Below, one piece after another: positions 8,956 through 17,515 of a stretch of 32,000 nucleotides of DNA; the stretch's first letter is position 1; every line of letters starts with the position of its first letter. The stretch comes from Comamonadaceae bacterium (GTDB lineage Bacteria > Pseudomonadota > Gammaproteobacteria > Burkholderiales > Burkholderiaceae_C). Both the position numbers and the translations under genes were made by a program. The stretch spans positions 16,157 through 48,156 of the forward strand of contig CANFJC010000001.1 of NCBI GenBank assembly GCA_947447245.1, given 5' to 3'. A model generated the notes under the pieces. It did not search any database. It saw only the letters and a program-made list of their open reading frames with translations, and was not told the origin of the DNA.

Positions 8956-9570
8956 CTATTTGCCAAAGGCCAATTTCAGACCAAAACCAATTAAGAACAA
9001 GCCCGCAATTTTTTGCAAGAACCCAGACACTTTGGGGTTGGCTCTAATGCGTGTGGCCATCCTGTGGGTAATGACCACAACGCCAAAACAGTACAGAAAG
9101 CCCAAAACAGCAATATTGGCCGCCATGAATACAAAAGTAATCATTCCTTGATGCTGCTCAGGGTCAATGAATTGAGGGAAAAACGCAAAATAAAACATGA
9201 TCGCCTTGGGATTGAGCAAGGTGATGAACATGGTTTCTTTGAAATATTGACCCGGCGTGATCTTGATCGACGGCCCCTCACCCGGTTTGGCAAAGACCAT
9301 TCTAAAACCCAGCCAAGCAAGGTAGGCTGCGCCCACCCATTTCAAGGCCAAAAACAAATGCGGATATGTTTGCAGCAAAGCAGCCACGCCGGCCACCGTC
9401 ATCCACAACAAAATTTGGTCACCCAAAATCAAGCCTGCAACCGAGGCAATGCCACCCCTCATGCCGCCCTGGGTGGTCGAGGTAATTAAGGCCAGATTAC
9501 CAGGGCCGGGCAAGAACAAAAGCAACACAAAGGCGGCGACAAAAGCACCGTAATCAGAAATTCCAAACAT
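8956..9570 (-). CDS. LysE/RhtB family amino-acid exporter
   Basis: Multi-pass hydrophobic protein with the family's N-terminal FLPGPGN motif. The track start at 9594 is a TTG. The ATG at 9570 (MFGISDYGAF...) gives 204 aa. Confidence 0.8.
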   Translation of the reverse strand: MFGISDYGAFVAAFVLLLFLPGPGNLALITSTTQGGMRGGIASVAGLILGDQILLWMTVAGVAALLQTYPHLFLALKWVGAAYLAWLGFRMVFAKPGEGPSIKITPGQYFKETMFITLLNPKAIMFYFAFFPQFIDPEQHQGMITFVFMAANIAVLGFLYCFGVVVITHRMATRIRANPKVSGFLQKIAGLFLIGFGLKLAFGK

Positions 9571-9610
9571 CAAAGGCTTTCTCAATGAGCCCAAGTGTAA
9601 GGGGCGAAAC

Positions 9611-10318
9611 TCAGCTCGAGCTTGCTTGCGTCGACAAAGTTGTTGGTTTTTTCATCCAGACCATGCAGCGATCGGCCTCCAAGCCAGGAACCTGGAGTTG
9701 TTCCACGTGAAACACTTGTGCAAAAGAAGGCAAGGCGGCCATTTCCGCTTCCGGCAACTTGCCCTTCATGGCCATCCAAACACCGCCATCGGACAAAGCA
9801 GCAGCAGACCAACTTACAAAGTCGGGCAAGGAGGCAAATGCGCGAGAGCAAATGAGGTCATAAGGGGCGGTCAGGCTTTCAACCCGCGCATGAACACCTC
9901 GCAAGTTTGACAACCTTAAGCTGGCCGCCACCTGTTGCACAAACGCAGCCTTTTTAGAAACGGTATCGACACATGTGACGCGAATATTGGGACAACAAAT
10001 CGCAATCACCACGCCCGGCAAGCCGCCGCCTGAGCCCACATCCAACAACTCGATGCCGGCATTGGCATCGCCTTTTGTTTTGGCAATGTGTCCCAGCAAG
10101 GGCGAGACAGCAGACAAGCTGTCTAACAGGTGATGGGTCAGGATTTCCTGCGCCTGACGCAAGGCCGTCAGGTTATAGACTTTGTTCCATTTTTGAATGA
10201 GCGCCATGTAGCTCAACAACTGCCTTTGCTGAGGCTCGGCCACATTCAAACTCAAAGACTCAATTCCAAGAGAAAGCCCTTGAACAATGCCCGCCTCAAA
10301 CAGGCCATCTGCCGTCAT
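9611..10318 (-). CDS. rsmG: 16S rRNA (guanine527-N7)-methyltransferase RsmG (GidB)
   Basis: 235 aa. [14 protein letters not shown] motif [14 protein letters not shown]. The start overlaps the mnmG stop as ATGA (10315-10318). Confidence 0.93.
   Translation of the reverse strand: MTADGLFEAGIVQGLSLGIESLSLNVAEPQQRQLLSYMALIQKWNKVYNLTALRQAQEILTHHLLDSLSAVSPLLGHIAKTKGDANAGIELLDVGSGGGLPGVVIAICCPNIRVTCVDTVSKKAAFVQQVAASLRLSNLRGVHARVESLTAPYDLICSRAFASLPDFVSWSAAALSDGGVWMAMKGKLPEAEMAALPSFAQVFHVEQLQVPGLEADRCMVWMKKPTTLSTQASSS
9699..9714. promoter_or_regulatory. parS centromere-like site
   Basis: TGTTCCACGTGAAACA matches the TGTTNCACGTGAAACA consensus at 16/16 positions. It lies inside rsmG and encodes FHVEQ. 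Confidence 0.85.
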
Positions 10319-12351
10319 GGCGCCAAGCTCGCCGAGCCTTCCGCAACCAACGCCACAGCCTCAGGCGTGTCTGCCATGAACTCCTTAAACCCACCCCTTT
10401 TGAGATAAATCAAGAGCAAAGAAATGCTTGCAGGGGTAATGCCAGAAATTCGAGACGCCATGCCCAATGTTTCTGGGCGATGTTTGGCCAACTTTTGTCG
10501 AGCCTCGATCGACAAAGAAGAGACCAGCAGATAGTCAAGTTTTGCGGGCAACCTGAGGTTTTCAAAATAGGCGGCCCGCTCAACCTCGACCTTTTGTCGG
10601 TCAATGTAGCCCGAATACTTGGCTGCAATCTCAACTTGCTCGATCACGGGCACGGAGAGTTCGCCCAATGTTTCACGTGAAACAGTTGATGAAACAAAGC
10701 GATCGGCGTCCAAGGACACGAGGCTTCCATAACTCACACCAGGCCGGCGGAGCAAATCAAACAGGTTGTGCTCATGCTCTATGGCCTTGCCCAGAACACG
10801 CGCAGACTCGGCATCGGGCAGGTTTCTCGGGTTGACCCAAGTTGACTTCAGGCGCTCTGTTTCACGTGAAACAGCCTCGCGTTTCGTACAAAAAGAAGCC
10901 CAACGCTCATCATCCACCAGCCCCATTTGGCGGCCCACTTCTGTCAAGCGCATGTCTGCATTGTCTTCCCTGAGTTGCAGGCGGTACTCTGCCCTGCTGG
11001 TAAACATGCGGTACGGCTCGGTCACGCCTTTGGTAATGAGGTCGTCCACCAGCACACCCAAATAAGCTTGATCGCGGCTTGGCAGCCACGAGCCGCCCAT
11101 GTCATTGCCAGCGCCTGACAAGGCTCTGCATTGAAGCGCCGCATTGATTCCGGCAAACAAGCCCTGCGAGGCGGCCTCCTCATAACCCGTCGTGCCATTG
11201 ATCTGGCCCGCAAAGAAAAGCCCTCCTATTTGACGCGTTTCAAAGTTGCTCTTCAATGAGCGTGGGTCAAAGTAGTCGTATTCAATGGCGTAACCGGGCC
11301 GAAGAATGTGGGCATTCTCAAGCCCCTTCATAGACCGAACCAAGGCGTATTGAATGTCAAATGGCAAACTGGTGGAAATGCCATTGGGATAAAACTCGTG
11401 GGTTGTAAGGCCCTCAGGCTCTAAAAAAATCTGATGGCTGTCTTTGTCGGCAAAGCGATTGATCTTGTCTTCCACGCTGGGGCAATACCTTGGGCCAACG
11501 CCTTCAATCTTTCCCATGAACATGGGGCTGCGATCAAAGCCAGACCGAATGATGTCGTGCGTTCTCTCATTGGTATGCGTGATCCAACAGGGCATCTGCG
11601 CGGGGTGCATGTCTGCGCGGCCCATGAAACTGAAAACCGGCACGTCTGCATCGGCATTCAATCCGCCAGGCATGCCATCACCCGGCTGCTCTTGGCACTT
11701 TGAAAAATCAATGCTGCGCCCATCGAGCCGCGGCGGCGTGCCTGTTTTCAAGCGGCCTTGAGGGAGTTTGAGCTCTTTCAAGCGCGCAGACAAACTGACC
11801 GCAGGAGGATCGCCCGCCCGCCCCGCCGAATAGTTTTCTAAGCCAACATGAATCTTGCCGTCTAGAAATGTGCCCGCCGTCAGGACCACTGTTTTAGAAC
11901 GAAAGCGAACGCCCACTTGCGTGACAGCCCCCACCACTCGGTCCTCTGTCCCATTTGACTCCACCATCAAATCGTCTACCGCCTGCTGGAAAAGCCACAG
12001 GTTTTCTTGGTTCTCAAGTCGGTGGCGAATGGCCGCCTTGTACAAAATTCGATCTGCTTGAGCACGCGTTGCACGCACAGCAGGACCTTTGGAGCTGTTC
12101 AGAATTCGAAACTGGATGCCGCCTTCGTCGGTTGCCAAGGCCATGGCACCGCCCAAAGCATCGACCTCTTTCACCAAATGTCCCTTGCCAATGCCCCCAA
12201 TCGAGGGGTTGCAACTCATTTGGCCCAAGGTCTCAATGTTGTGGGTCAGCAAGAGGGTTCGACAACCCATGCGCGCAGACGCCAACGCGGCTTCGGTGCC
12301 AGCATGCCCGCCGCCGACAACGATCACATCAAATTCTTGTGGGTAAAGCAT
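10315..12351 (-). CDS. mnmG: tRNA uridine 5-carboxymethylaminomethyl modification enzyme MnmG (GidA)
   Basis: [25 protein letters not shown] motif, [44 protein letters not shown]. The track start at 12354 is a TTG one codon upstream of the ATG at 12351. Confidence 0.95.
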   Translation of the reverse strand: MLYPQEFDVIVVGGGHAGTEAALASARMGCRTLLLTHNIETLGQMSCNPSIGGIGKGHLVKEVDALGGAMALATDEGGIQFRILNSSKGPAVRATRAQADRILYKAAIRHRLENQENLWLFQQAVDDLMVESNGTEDRVVGAVTQVGVRFRSKTVVLTAGTFLDGKIHVGLENYSAGRAGDPPAVSLSARLKELKLPQGRLKTGTPPRLDGRSIDFSKCQEQPGDGMPGGLNADADVPVFSFMGRADMHPAQMPCWITHTNERTHDIIRSGFDRSPMFMGKIEGVGPRYCPSVEDKINRFADKDSHQIFLEPEGLTTHEFYPNGISTSLPFDIQYALVRSMKGLENAHILRPGYAIEYDYFDPRSLKSNFETRQIGGLFFAGQINGTTGYEEAASQGLFAGINAALQCRALSGAGNDMGGSWLPSRDQAYLGVLVDDLITKGVTEPYRMFTSRAEYRLQLREDNADMRLTEVGRQMGLVDDERWASFCTKREAVSRETERLKSTWVNPRNLPDAESARVLGKAIEHEHNLFDLLRRPGVSYGSLVSLDADRFVSSTVSRETLGELSVPVIEQVEIAAKYSGYIDRQKVEVERAAYFENLRLPAKLDYLLVSSLSIEARQKLAKHRPETLGMASRISGITPASISLLLIYLKRGGFKEFMADTPEAVALVAEGSASLAP
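10669..10684. promoter_or_regulatory. parS centromere-like site
   Basis: Perfect palindrome TGTTTCACGTGAAACA inside mnmG, encoding VSRET. Confidence 0.88.
10858..10873. promoter_or_regulatory. parS centromere-like site
   Basis: Perfect palindrome TGTTTCACGTGAAACA inside mnmG, encoding a second VSRET, 189 bp from the previous copy. Confidence 0.88.
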
Positions 12352-12508
12352 CAAATCACCAGTCCATCACCGTAAGGGCGGCGCTGCTCGCGCCGTGAGA
12401 GGCCAGGGGCCAAGGGGCTTGATTTTATCTGCATCAGGTGTTCCTTGCGTGACTGGCCCTTGCAGCCCTCTCAAGCTAAGCTCATGTGCACCGCCAACAG
12501 GAGATTCC

Positions 12509-13294
12509 ATGAGCCCATCCCAAACCCATCCAGAGCGCTGCCACCCTGATGAGTGGCGGCTTCGCACCGATTTGGCGGCGTGTTACCGCTTGGTTGCTTT
12601 GTATGGCTGGAGCGATTTGGTTTTCACCCACATCAGCGCCAAATTGCCAGCCTCGGTGTGCGGTGATGAACATCATTTTTTGATCAACCCCTATGGCCTG
12701 ATGTTTGATGAAATCACCGCATCAAGCTTGGTGAAGATCGACATGCATTGCAACAAACTGGATGCCGAGAACCCGTATCCGGTCAACCCAGCAGGCTTTG
12801 TCATTCACAGCGCCGTGCACGAGGCAAGGCCAGACGCCGAGTGTGTGCTTCACACGCACACCCGCGCAGGCATAGCCGTGAGTGCACAAAAACAAGGCGT
12901 GCTGCCGATCAGCCAGCAAAGCACCTTTGTGCTGGCTTCCTTGGCCTATCACGACTACGAAGGCGTTGCCATTCGAGACGATGAGAAAACGCGTTTGCAA
13001 AAAGACCTTGGGGAGGCTAATTTTTTAATGCTGCGCAATCATGGCTTGCTCACCGTTGGCAAAACCATTGCCGATGCGTTTTTGAGCATGTACACATTTG
13101 AAAACACCTGCCGTATCCAAATTGATGCGCTTGCGGGTCAAAGCGGCGGGGCCGATCTGACGGCGGTCAACCCTGAAATTTTGAATGGCATTGCACACGT
13201 GATGAAGGTTCAAACCGGCGGCTTGGGTGGCGGTTTTGTTTGGCCCTCTTTGTTGCGAAAACTCAACCGCGAAAACCCCGGCTACGACGTCTGA
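12509..13294 (+). CDS. Class II aldolase/adducin domain protein
   Basis: RTDLAACYRLVALYGWSDLVFTHISAKLP, ECVLHTHTRAGIAV, LMLRNHGLLTVGKT. The ATG at 12509 has AGGAG 6 nt upstream (261 aa). The track's extension to 12395 is unsupported. Confidence 0.85.
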   Translation: MSPSQTHPERCHPDEWRLRTDLAACYRLVALYGWSDLVFTHISAKLPASVCGDEHHFLINPYGLMFDEITASSLVKIDMHCNKLDAENPYPVNPAGFVIHSAVHEARPDAECVLHTHTRAGIAVSAQKQGVLPISQQSTFVLASLAYHDYEGVAIRDDEKTRLQKDLGEANFLMLRNHGLLTVGKTIADAFLSMYTFENTCRIQIDALAGQSGGADLTAVNPEILNGIAHVMKVQTGGLGGGFVWPSLLRKLNRENPGYDV

Positions 13295-13301
13295 AAAGCG
13301 C

Positions 13302-14528
13302 TCAAACGGATAGAACTGGTTTTTGCTGCCAGGCCAACACAGCGCCCACCAGCAAAGCGGCCGCAGAGAAAAGAAGCCCACGTTGAAGCCCGCCAGGGCC
13401 ATCGGCAATCCAGCCCACCATGGTGGGTCCAATGATTTGACCGACAGCAAAGACCACGGTGAAAACGCTGATGCCTGCCGCCCACTGAGAAGGGACGAGG
13501 TTGTGTTTCACCATGGCCGTGGTAGAGGCAACCACCGACAAAAACACCCCCCCAAACAACACCCCCGACACCAACATCATGGGCCATGAGGAAGTGATGA
13601 CAGGAATGACGGTGGCCAGACTTAGCAAGGCATTCAAAATAGACAAGGACTGCCCTCCTCGATAGCGATTCAACAGGCCCGCCCAAACTCTGGCGGAGGC
13701 CAGCACGGCAAGCCCCAACAAAGCATAAAACAAAGTGATCTCTGCTGCGCTTGCGCCTTGCTCGCGCAACACCGCCACCACAAAGGTCATGTAACCGATG
13801 TAGCCCACGCCAAAGAGGCCGTAGCCCGCCAGTCCAAATATCCAGTCAGGCCAATGCATATGGGACGCTTGCCCCTTGGGTATCGCGTCTTTCGTTTCTG
13901 AAAGCTTCAACTCAGCCGTCCAACGCTTCATTGGCGAACGGACCACAAGGAGCACAAGCGTCATGATGAAACACGCCAGCGCCAAGCCCCACCAAGCCCA
14001 CACCCATGGATGAACAAGGGCTTGCTCATTCGCGGCCAACAGCGTGGCAGGAACCAGCACGGCAGACAGCGCAATGCCCCACCCGGTGCCGCCGTAATAA
14101 AGACCTAACATCAAGCCCGACTGAGAAGGCACATGCGCACCAAGCCTGGCCGCCAACAAACCACCCGAGACAAAGACGGCCGCACTGACCCCTCCAGCCA
14201 GCAACCGTTGAAGCAAAAGCACAAGGGTCTCAGAAAAAAAGCCTGTAAGGGCCATCAGCATAGAAGCCATGAAAGAGCCGGCGATCAAAACAAGCACGGC
14301 ACCCCAGCGCCTCAGTAGGTACGGCGTGATCAAGGCGCCGATCAAATACCCCACGGCATTGAACGTGTTCATGCTGCCTGCTAAGGTATAGGTCCAAGAC
14401 AAGTCTTCGCGCATGGGTGGCAACAACAAGGCATAGGCAAACCGTGTCATGCCAAGTGAAACGGCCGCGGCCATTGAAATGCAAATTGCCAACCCGAGTG
14501 CCGTCAAAAACCTTATGCTTTGCGTCAT
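13302..14528 (-). CDS. MFS transporter, YbfB/YjiJ family
   Basis: About 12 hydrophobic segments. The N-terminus GMTRFAYALLLPPMREDLSWTYTLAGSMNTFNAVGYLIGAL is typical of the family. The ATG at 14528 (MTQSIRFLTALGL...) gives 408 aa. The upstream extension looks non-protein-like. Confidence 0.8.
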   Translation of the reverse strand: MTQSIRFLTALGLAICISMAAAVSLGMTRFAYALLLPPMREDLSWTYTLAGSMNTFNAVGYLIGALITPYLLRRWGAVLVLIAGSFMASMLMALTGFFSETLVLLLQRLLAGGVSAAVFVSGGLLAARLGAHVPSQSGLMLGLYYGGTGWGIALSAVLVPATLLAANEQALVHPWVWAWWGLALACFIMTLVLLVVRSPMKRWTAELKLSETKDAIPKGQASHMHWPDWIFGLAGYGLFGVGYIGYMTFVVAVLREQGASAAEITLFYALLGLAVLASARVWAGLLNRYRGGQSLSILNALLSLATVIPVITSSWPMMLVSGVLFGGVFLSVVASTTAMVKHNLVPSQWAAGISVFTVVFAVGQIIGPTMVGWIADGPGGLQRGLLFSAAALLVGAVLAWQQKPVLSV

Positions 14529-15642
14529 GAAAAACTTATTTGAACCTTGCCAAGCTGGCCAATTGCAACTCGCCTCACGCATTGTGATGGCCCCTCTGAC
14601 TCGCAACCGTGCGCCACGGGCTTTGGCGAATGCACTCATGGCCGAATACTATGCCCAACGCGCCAACCCCGCAACGGGCGCAGGCCTCATCATCACCGAA
14701 GCAACCGCAATCAGCCACCAAGGCCAAGGATACGCCGATGTGCCAGGCATTTGGTCGACAGAACAAGTCAAGGCTTGGCAAGCGGTCACTGCGGCGGTGC
14801 ATGCCAAAGGCGGCAAAATGGTGGTGCAACTTTGGCACGTGGGCCGCATCTCACACACCAGCCTTCAGCCCAATGGGCAAGCCCCCGTTGCGCCTTCGGC
14901 CATTGTTGCCAAATCAAAAACCGTGCTCATCGAGAACGGTGTGCCAAGCTTTGTGCCAACCTCTGAGCCGCGTGCGCTCGAGTTGGCTGAAATGCCTGGC
15001 ATTGTTGCCGACTATCGACGCACGGCAAAAAACGCCATCGATGCTGGTTTTGATGGCATTGAAGTGCATGCGGCCAATGGCTATTTGATTGATCAATTTT
15101 TAAGAGCAGACAGCAATCACCGCACGGATGCTTATGGTGGCAGCATTGAAAATCGCACGCGCCTTTTAAAAGAGGTGATGCTGGCCGTGAGCCAAGAGAT
15201 TGGTGGCGGCCGTTGCGGCATTCGCATTTCGCCCGTCACACCGGCCAACGATGCAAGTGATGCTTCGCCACAAGCACTGTTTGAGCATGTTGCAAGTTTC
15301 CTTGGCACTTTAGGTTTGGCGTATGTTCACACCATTGAAGGCTCAACGGGTGCTGCCCGCGATTTCCAACAAGGCGATGTGCCCTTTGACTACAAGGCAT
15401 TGAAGAAGGCCTACCAACAAAGTGGCGGACACGGGGCATGGATGCTCAACAATGCTTATGACCGAGCGCTGGCTGATCAAGCCATTGCCGATGGCGCCGA
15501 CCTGATTGCTTTTGGAAAATCATTCATTGCCAATCCAGACTTGGCTGCGCGACTGAAACAGAACGGCCCTTACAACTCGCCAGACAGAGCCACTTTTTAT
15601 GGCGGCGGTGCTGCTGGTTATACCGACTACCCAAGCCTCTAA
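14527..15642 (+). CDS. Old Yellow Enzyme family NADH:flavin oxidoreductase (N-ethylmaleimide/alkene reductase-like)
   Basis: MKNLFEPCQAGQLQLASRIVMAPLTRNRA N-terminus, WHVGRISH, GFDGIEVHAANGYLIDQFL, ADLIAFGKSFIANPDL. ATG at 14527 gives 371 aa. Confidence 0.9.
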   Translation: MKNLFEPCQAGQLQLASRIVMAPLTRNRAPRALANALMAEYYAQRANPATGAGLIITEATAISHQGQGYADVPGIWSTEQVKAWQAVTAAVHAKGGKMVVQLWHVGRISHTSLQPNGQAPVAPSAIVAKSKTVLIENGVPSFVPTSEPRALELAEMPGIVADYRRTAKNAIDAGFDGIEVHAANGYLIDQFLRADSNHRTDAYGGSIENRTRLLKEVMLAVSQEIGGGRCGIRISPVTPANDASDASPQALFEHVASFLGTLGLAYVHTIEGSTGAARDFQQGDVPFDYKALKKAYQQSGGHGAWMLNNAYDRALADQAIADGADLIAFGKSFIANPDLAARLKQNGPYNSPDRATFYGGGAAGYTDYPSL

Positions 15643-15657
15643 GCCTGTTTCTAGGCG

Positions 15658-15686
15658 ACGGGCCTGCGACACGGCCCGTTTTGCTG
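15658..15686 (+). terminator. Rho-independent terminator after the OYE gene
   Basis: ACGGGCC (15658-15664), 8-nt loop, GGCCCGT (15673-15679), followed by TTTTGCTGTT. Confidence 0.7.
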
Positions 15687-16265
15687 TTAACCCAAACCAA
15701 TGGGCGCAGGTGCGTTCGACACAATTCGACTGAACAGTTTTTCAAACACAGGGCCTGGCGCGTGTTTGCCTGTCAAGGGGTCGGCATTTTGTTCAAACGC
15801 GGCATTCAGCGCCGTCCAATCCTCTTCGCTCAAAGCCGTTTCTGCGGCGGGAAAAATAACACTTTCTTCAAGGTGCATGTGTTCTAGGTACGCGCTCACA
15901 TAAGGGCCCAAGGCCGAGACAAAAGCATCGCGCCGTGTGTTCCCCAAAAGCTCCCACGCCAGCAACAAATGCAACAACTCCCGAACGGCTTTTTCGCTGT
16001 GCATGTGGTCTCTTTCCAAGCGGTCTATGGCGCCCATCACTTCGGGCGCTCTTTTGACGATTTTCGGAAAAAGCAAGTTGGACTCTTTCGGATGATGCAA
16101 TCGTTCTGGAAATTCAGCGATGTAGAAAAGCATCGCGCGCATGACTTCAAAAAATTTCTGTTCATCCTCTATAGGTCCTCGATCTACCAATTGCATCATG
16201 GCATGTAGCATGGCGGCAAGAGAGGCGTGCTCATCGCGAATAATGTGTAAGCTTATATTTTTCAT
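15687..16265 (-). CDS. Hemerythrin (HHE cation-binding) domain protein
   Basis: 192 aa. Repeated His/Glu ligand motifs: IIRDEHASL, RLHHPKESNLLFPKI, RDHMHSE, YLEHMHLEESVIFP. Confidence 0.8.
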   Translation of the reverse strand: MKNISLHIIRDEHASLAAMLHAMMQLVDRGPIEDEQKFFEVMRAMLFYIAEFPERLHHPKESNLLFPKIVKRAPEVMGAIDRLERDHMHSEKAVRELLHLLLAWELLGNTRRDAFVSALGPYVSAYLEHMHLEESVIFPAAETALSEEDWTALNAAFEQNADPLTGKHAPGPVFEKLFSRIVSNAPAPIGLG

Positions 16266-16336
16266 ACCCCCCAGTTTGAGCGCGTTTAAACGTTCAGAAA
16301 ATGATTCAGATCAAGAAAACACGGCAAAATCAAACC

Positions 16337-17218
16337 ATGAGCTCAAACAACAAACCCCTTCAAGGTCGTCGCATTGAACAACAGGTCATGGGACAAGCGA
16401 CTCGAGACGGCGATGGCGTCAAACTGACGCGCGTTTTGACACAAGCGCACCAAAGACGGCTTGACCCCTTCTTGATGCTCGACAACTTTGGCAGCGATGA
16501 TCCCAATGACTACGGCGGCGGTTTTCCAGATCACCCACACAGAGGATTTGAAACAGTCACTTACATGATTGCGGGAAGAATGCGGCACAAAGACAGTGCG
16601 GGCCACGAGGGTCTCTTACAAAATGGTGGTGTTCAATGGATGACGGCTGGCAGAGGCGTTGTTCACAGCGAAATGCCTGAACAAGAAGAAGGCGTGATGG
16701 AGGGCTTCCAACTTTGGTTGAACTTGCCTTCTTATCAAAAAATGTGCACGCCCGCTTATCTTGATATTCAAAGCGATAGCATTCCCGAATACCAACTCAA
16801 TGGCAGCATCAAGGTTCGGGTCATCGCTGGTGAATCCAATGGTGTTTCGGGTGCTGTTTTAAGACCGTCTGAGTTGTTCTCGACCAATCCGCTTTATTTG
16901 GACATTCATTTTGAAAATGACGCATGTTTTGAACAAACATTGAATCCTCTGCACAATGCCTTCTTGTTTGTTTACCGCGGTCATGTCAGTGTGGTCAGTG
17001 ACGGCAAAAAAACCTCAGTAGGCTTACACAGAATGGCCATTCTTCAGAATGAAGGAAATGGTGTTGTCATTGAAGGCTCCCGTGGTGCCAAAGTGCTTTT
17101 GATTGCGGGTCAGCCCCTTAACGAGCCTATTGCGCAACACGGCCCATTTGTCATGAACACACGCGAAGAGTTGATTCAAGCGGTCGATGATTTCAGATCG
17201 GGTCTTTTCAATTCATGA
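16337..17218 (+). CDS. Pirin family protein (cupin)
   Basis: GFPDHPHRGFETVTYMIAGRMRHKDSAGHEG, GGVQWMTAGRGVVHSEMP, QLWLNLP, and C-terminal cupin HGPFVMNT. Start is the ATG at 16337 (293 aa) or at 16301 (305 aa); neither has a clear SD. Confidence 0.88.
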   Translation: MSSNNKPLQGRRIEQQVMGQATRDGDGVKLTRVLTQAHQRRLDPFLMLDNFGSDDPNDYGGGFPDHPHRGFETVTYMIAGRMRHKDSAGHEGLLQNGGVQWMTAGRGVVHSEMPEQEEGVMEGFQLWLNLPSYQKMCTPAYLDIQSDSIPEYQLNGSIKVRVIAGESNGVSGAVLRPSELFSTNPLYLDIHFENDACFEQTLNPLHNAFLFVYRGHVSVVSDGKKTSVGLHRMAILQNEGNGVVIEGSRGAKVLLIAGQPLNEPIAQHGPFVMNTREELIQAVDDFRSGLFNS

Positions 17219-17280
17219 AAAGCTTTTTAGGACCACAAAAATCAAACATTGAATCTGGTGCCTTTGTCAATGAACAAACA

Positions 17281-17435
17281 TGTGGATAGATTTGGGATAA
17301 CAACATGCTTATCCACAATTAATTTTCATTTCCAAAGTTGTTCATCTGTGCGTGACAGCTCAGAAGCAAGCTCATGCACACCCTTCAAAATGATTCAATG
17401 CATTGATCTATAAAGAAAAAAGAGACTTGTCCACA
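17281..17435. promoter_or_regulatory. DnaA-box cluster in an AT-rich non-coding spacer
   Basis: TGTGGATAG (17281-17289; complement CTATCCACA, 8/9), TTATCCACA (17309-17317, 9/9) and TTGTCCACA (17427-17435, 8/9). There are also 7/9 matches at 17292-17300 and 17450-17458. The spacer 17219-17515 is about 34% GC by my count. Confidence 0.6.
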
Positions 17436-17515
17436 GAACAAGCCTCCCCTTATCTACTACTACTATGTATTAATCTATCTAAAAGAAGAATACAAAGACA
17501 AAGTCAGAATTCAAA

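Noticed and set aside
12352-12508. mnmG upstream spacer considered as an oriC by analogy with E. coli gidA-oriC
   Set aside because: It is GC-rich. The only DnaA-box-like element is a 7/9 match, TTATCTGCA (12425-12433). There is a short GC stem (12379-12395) but no AT-rich unwinding region.
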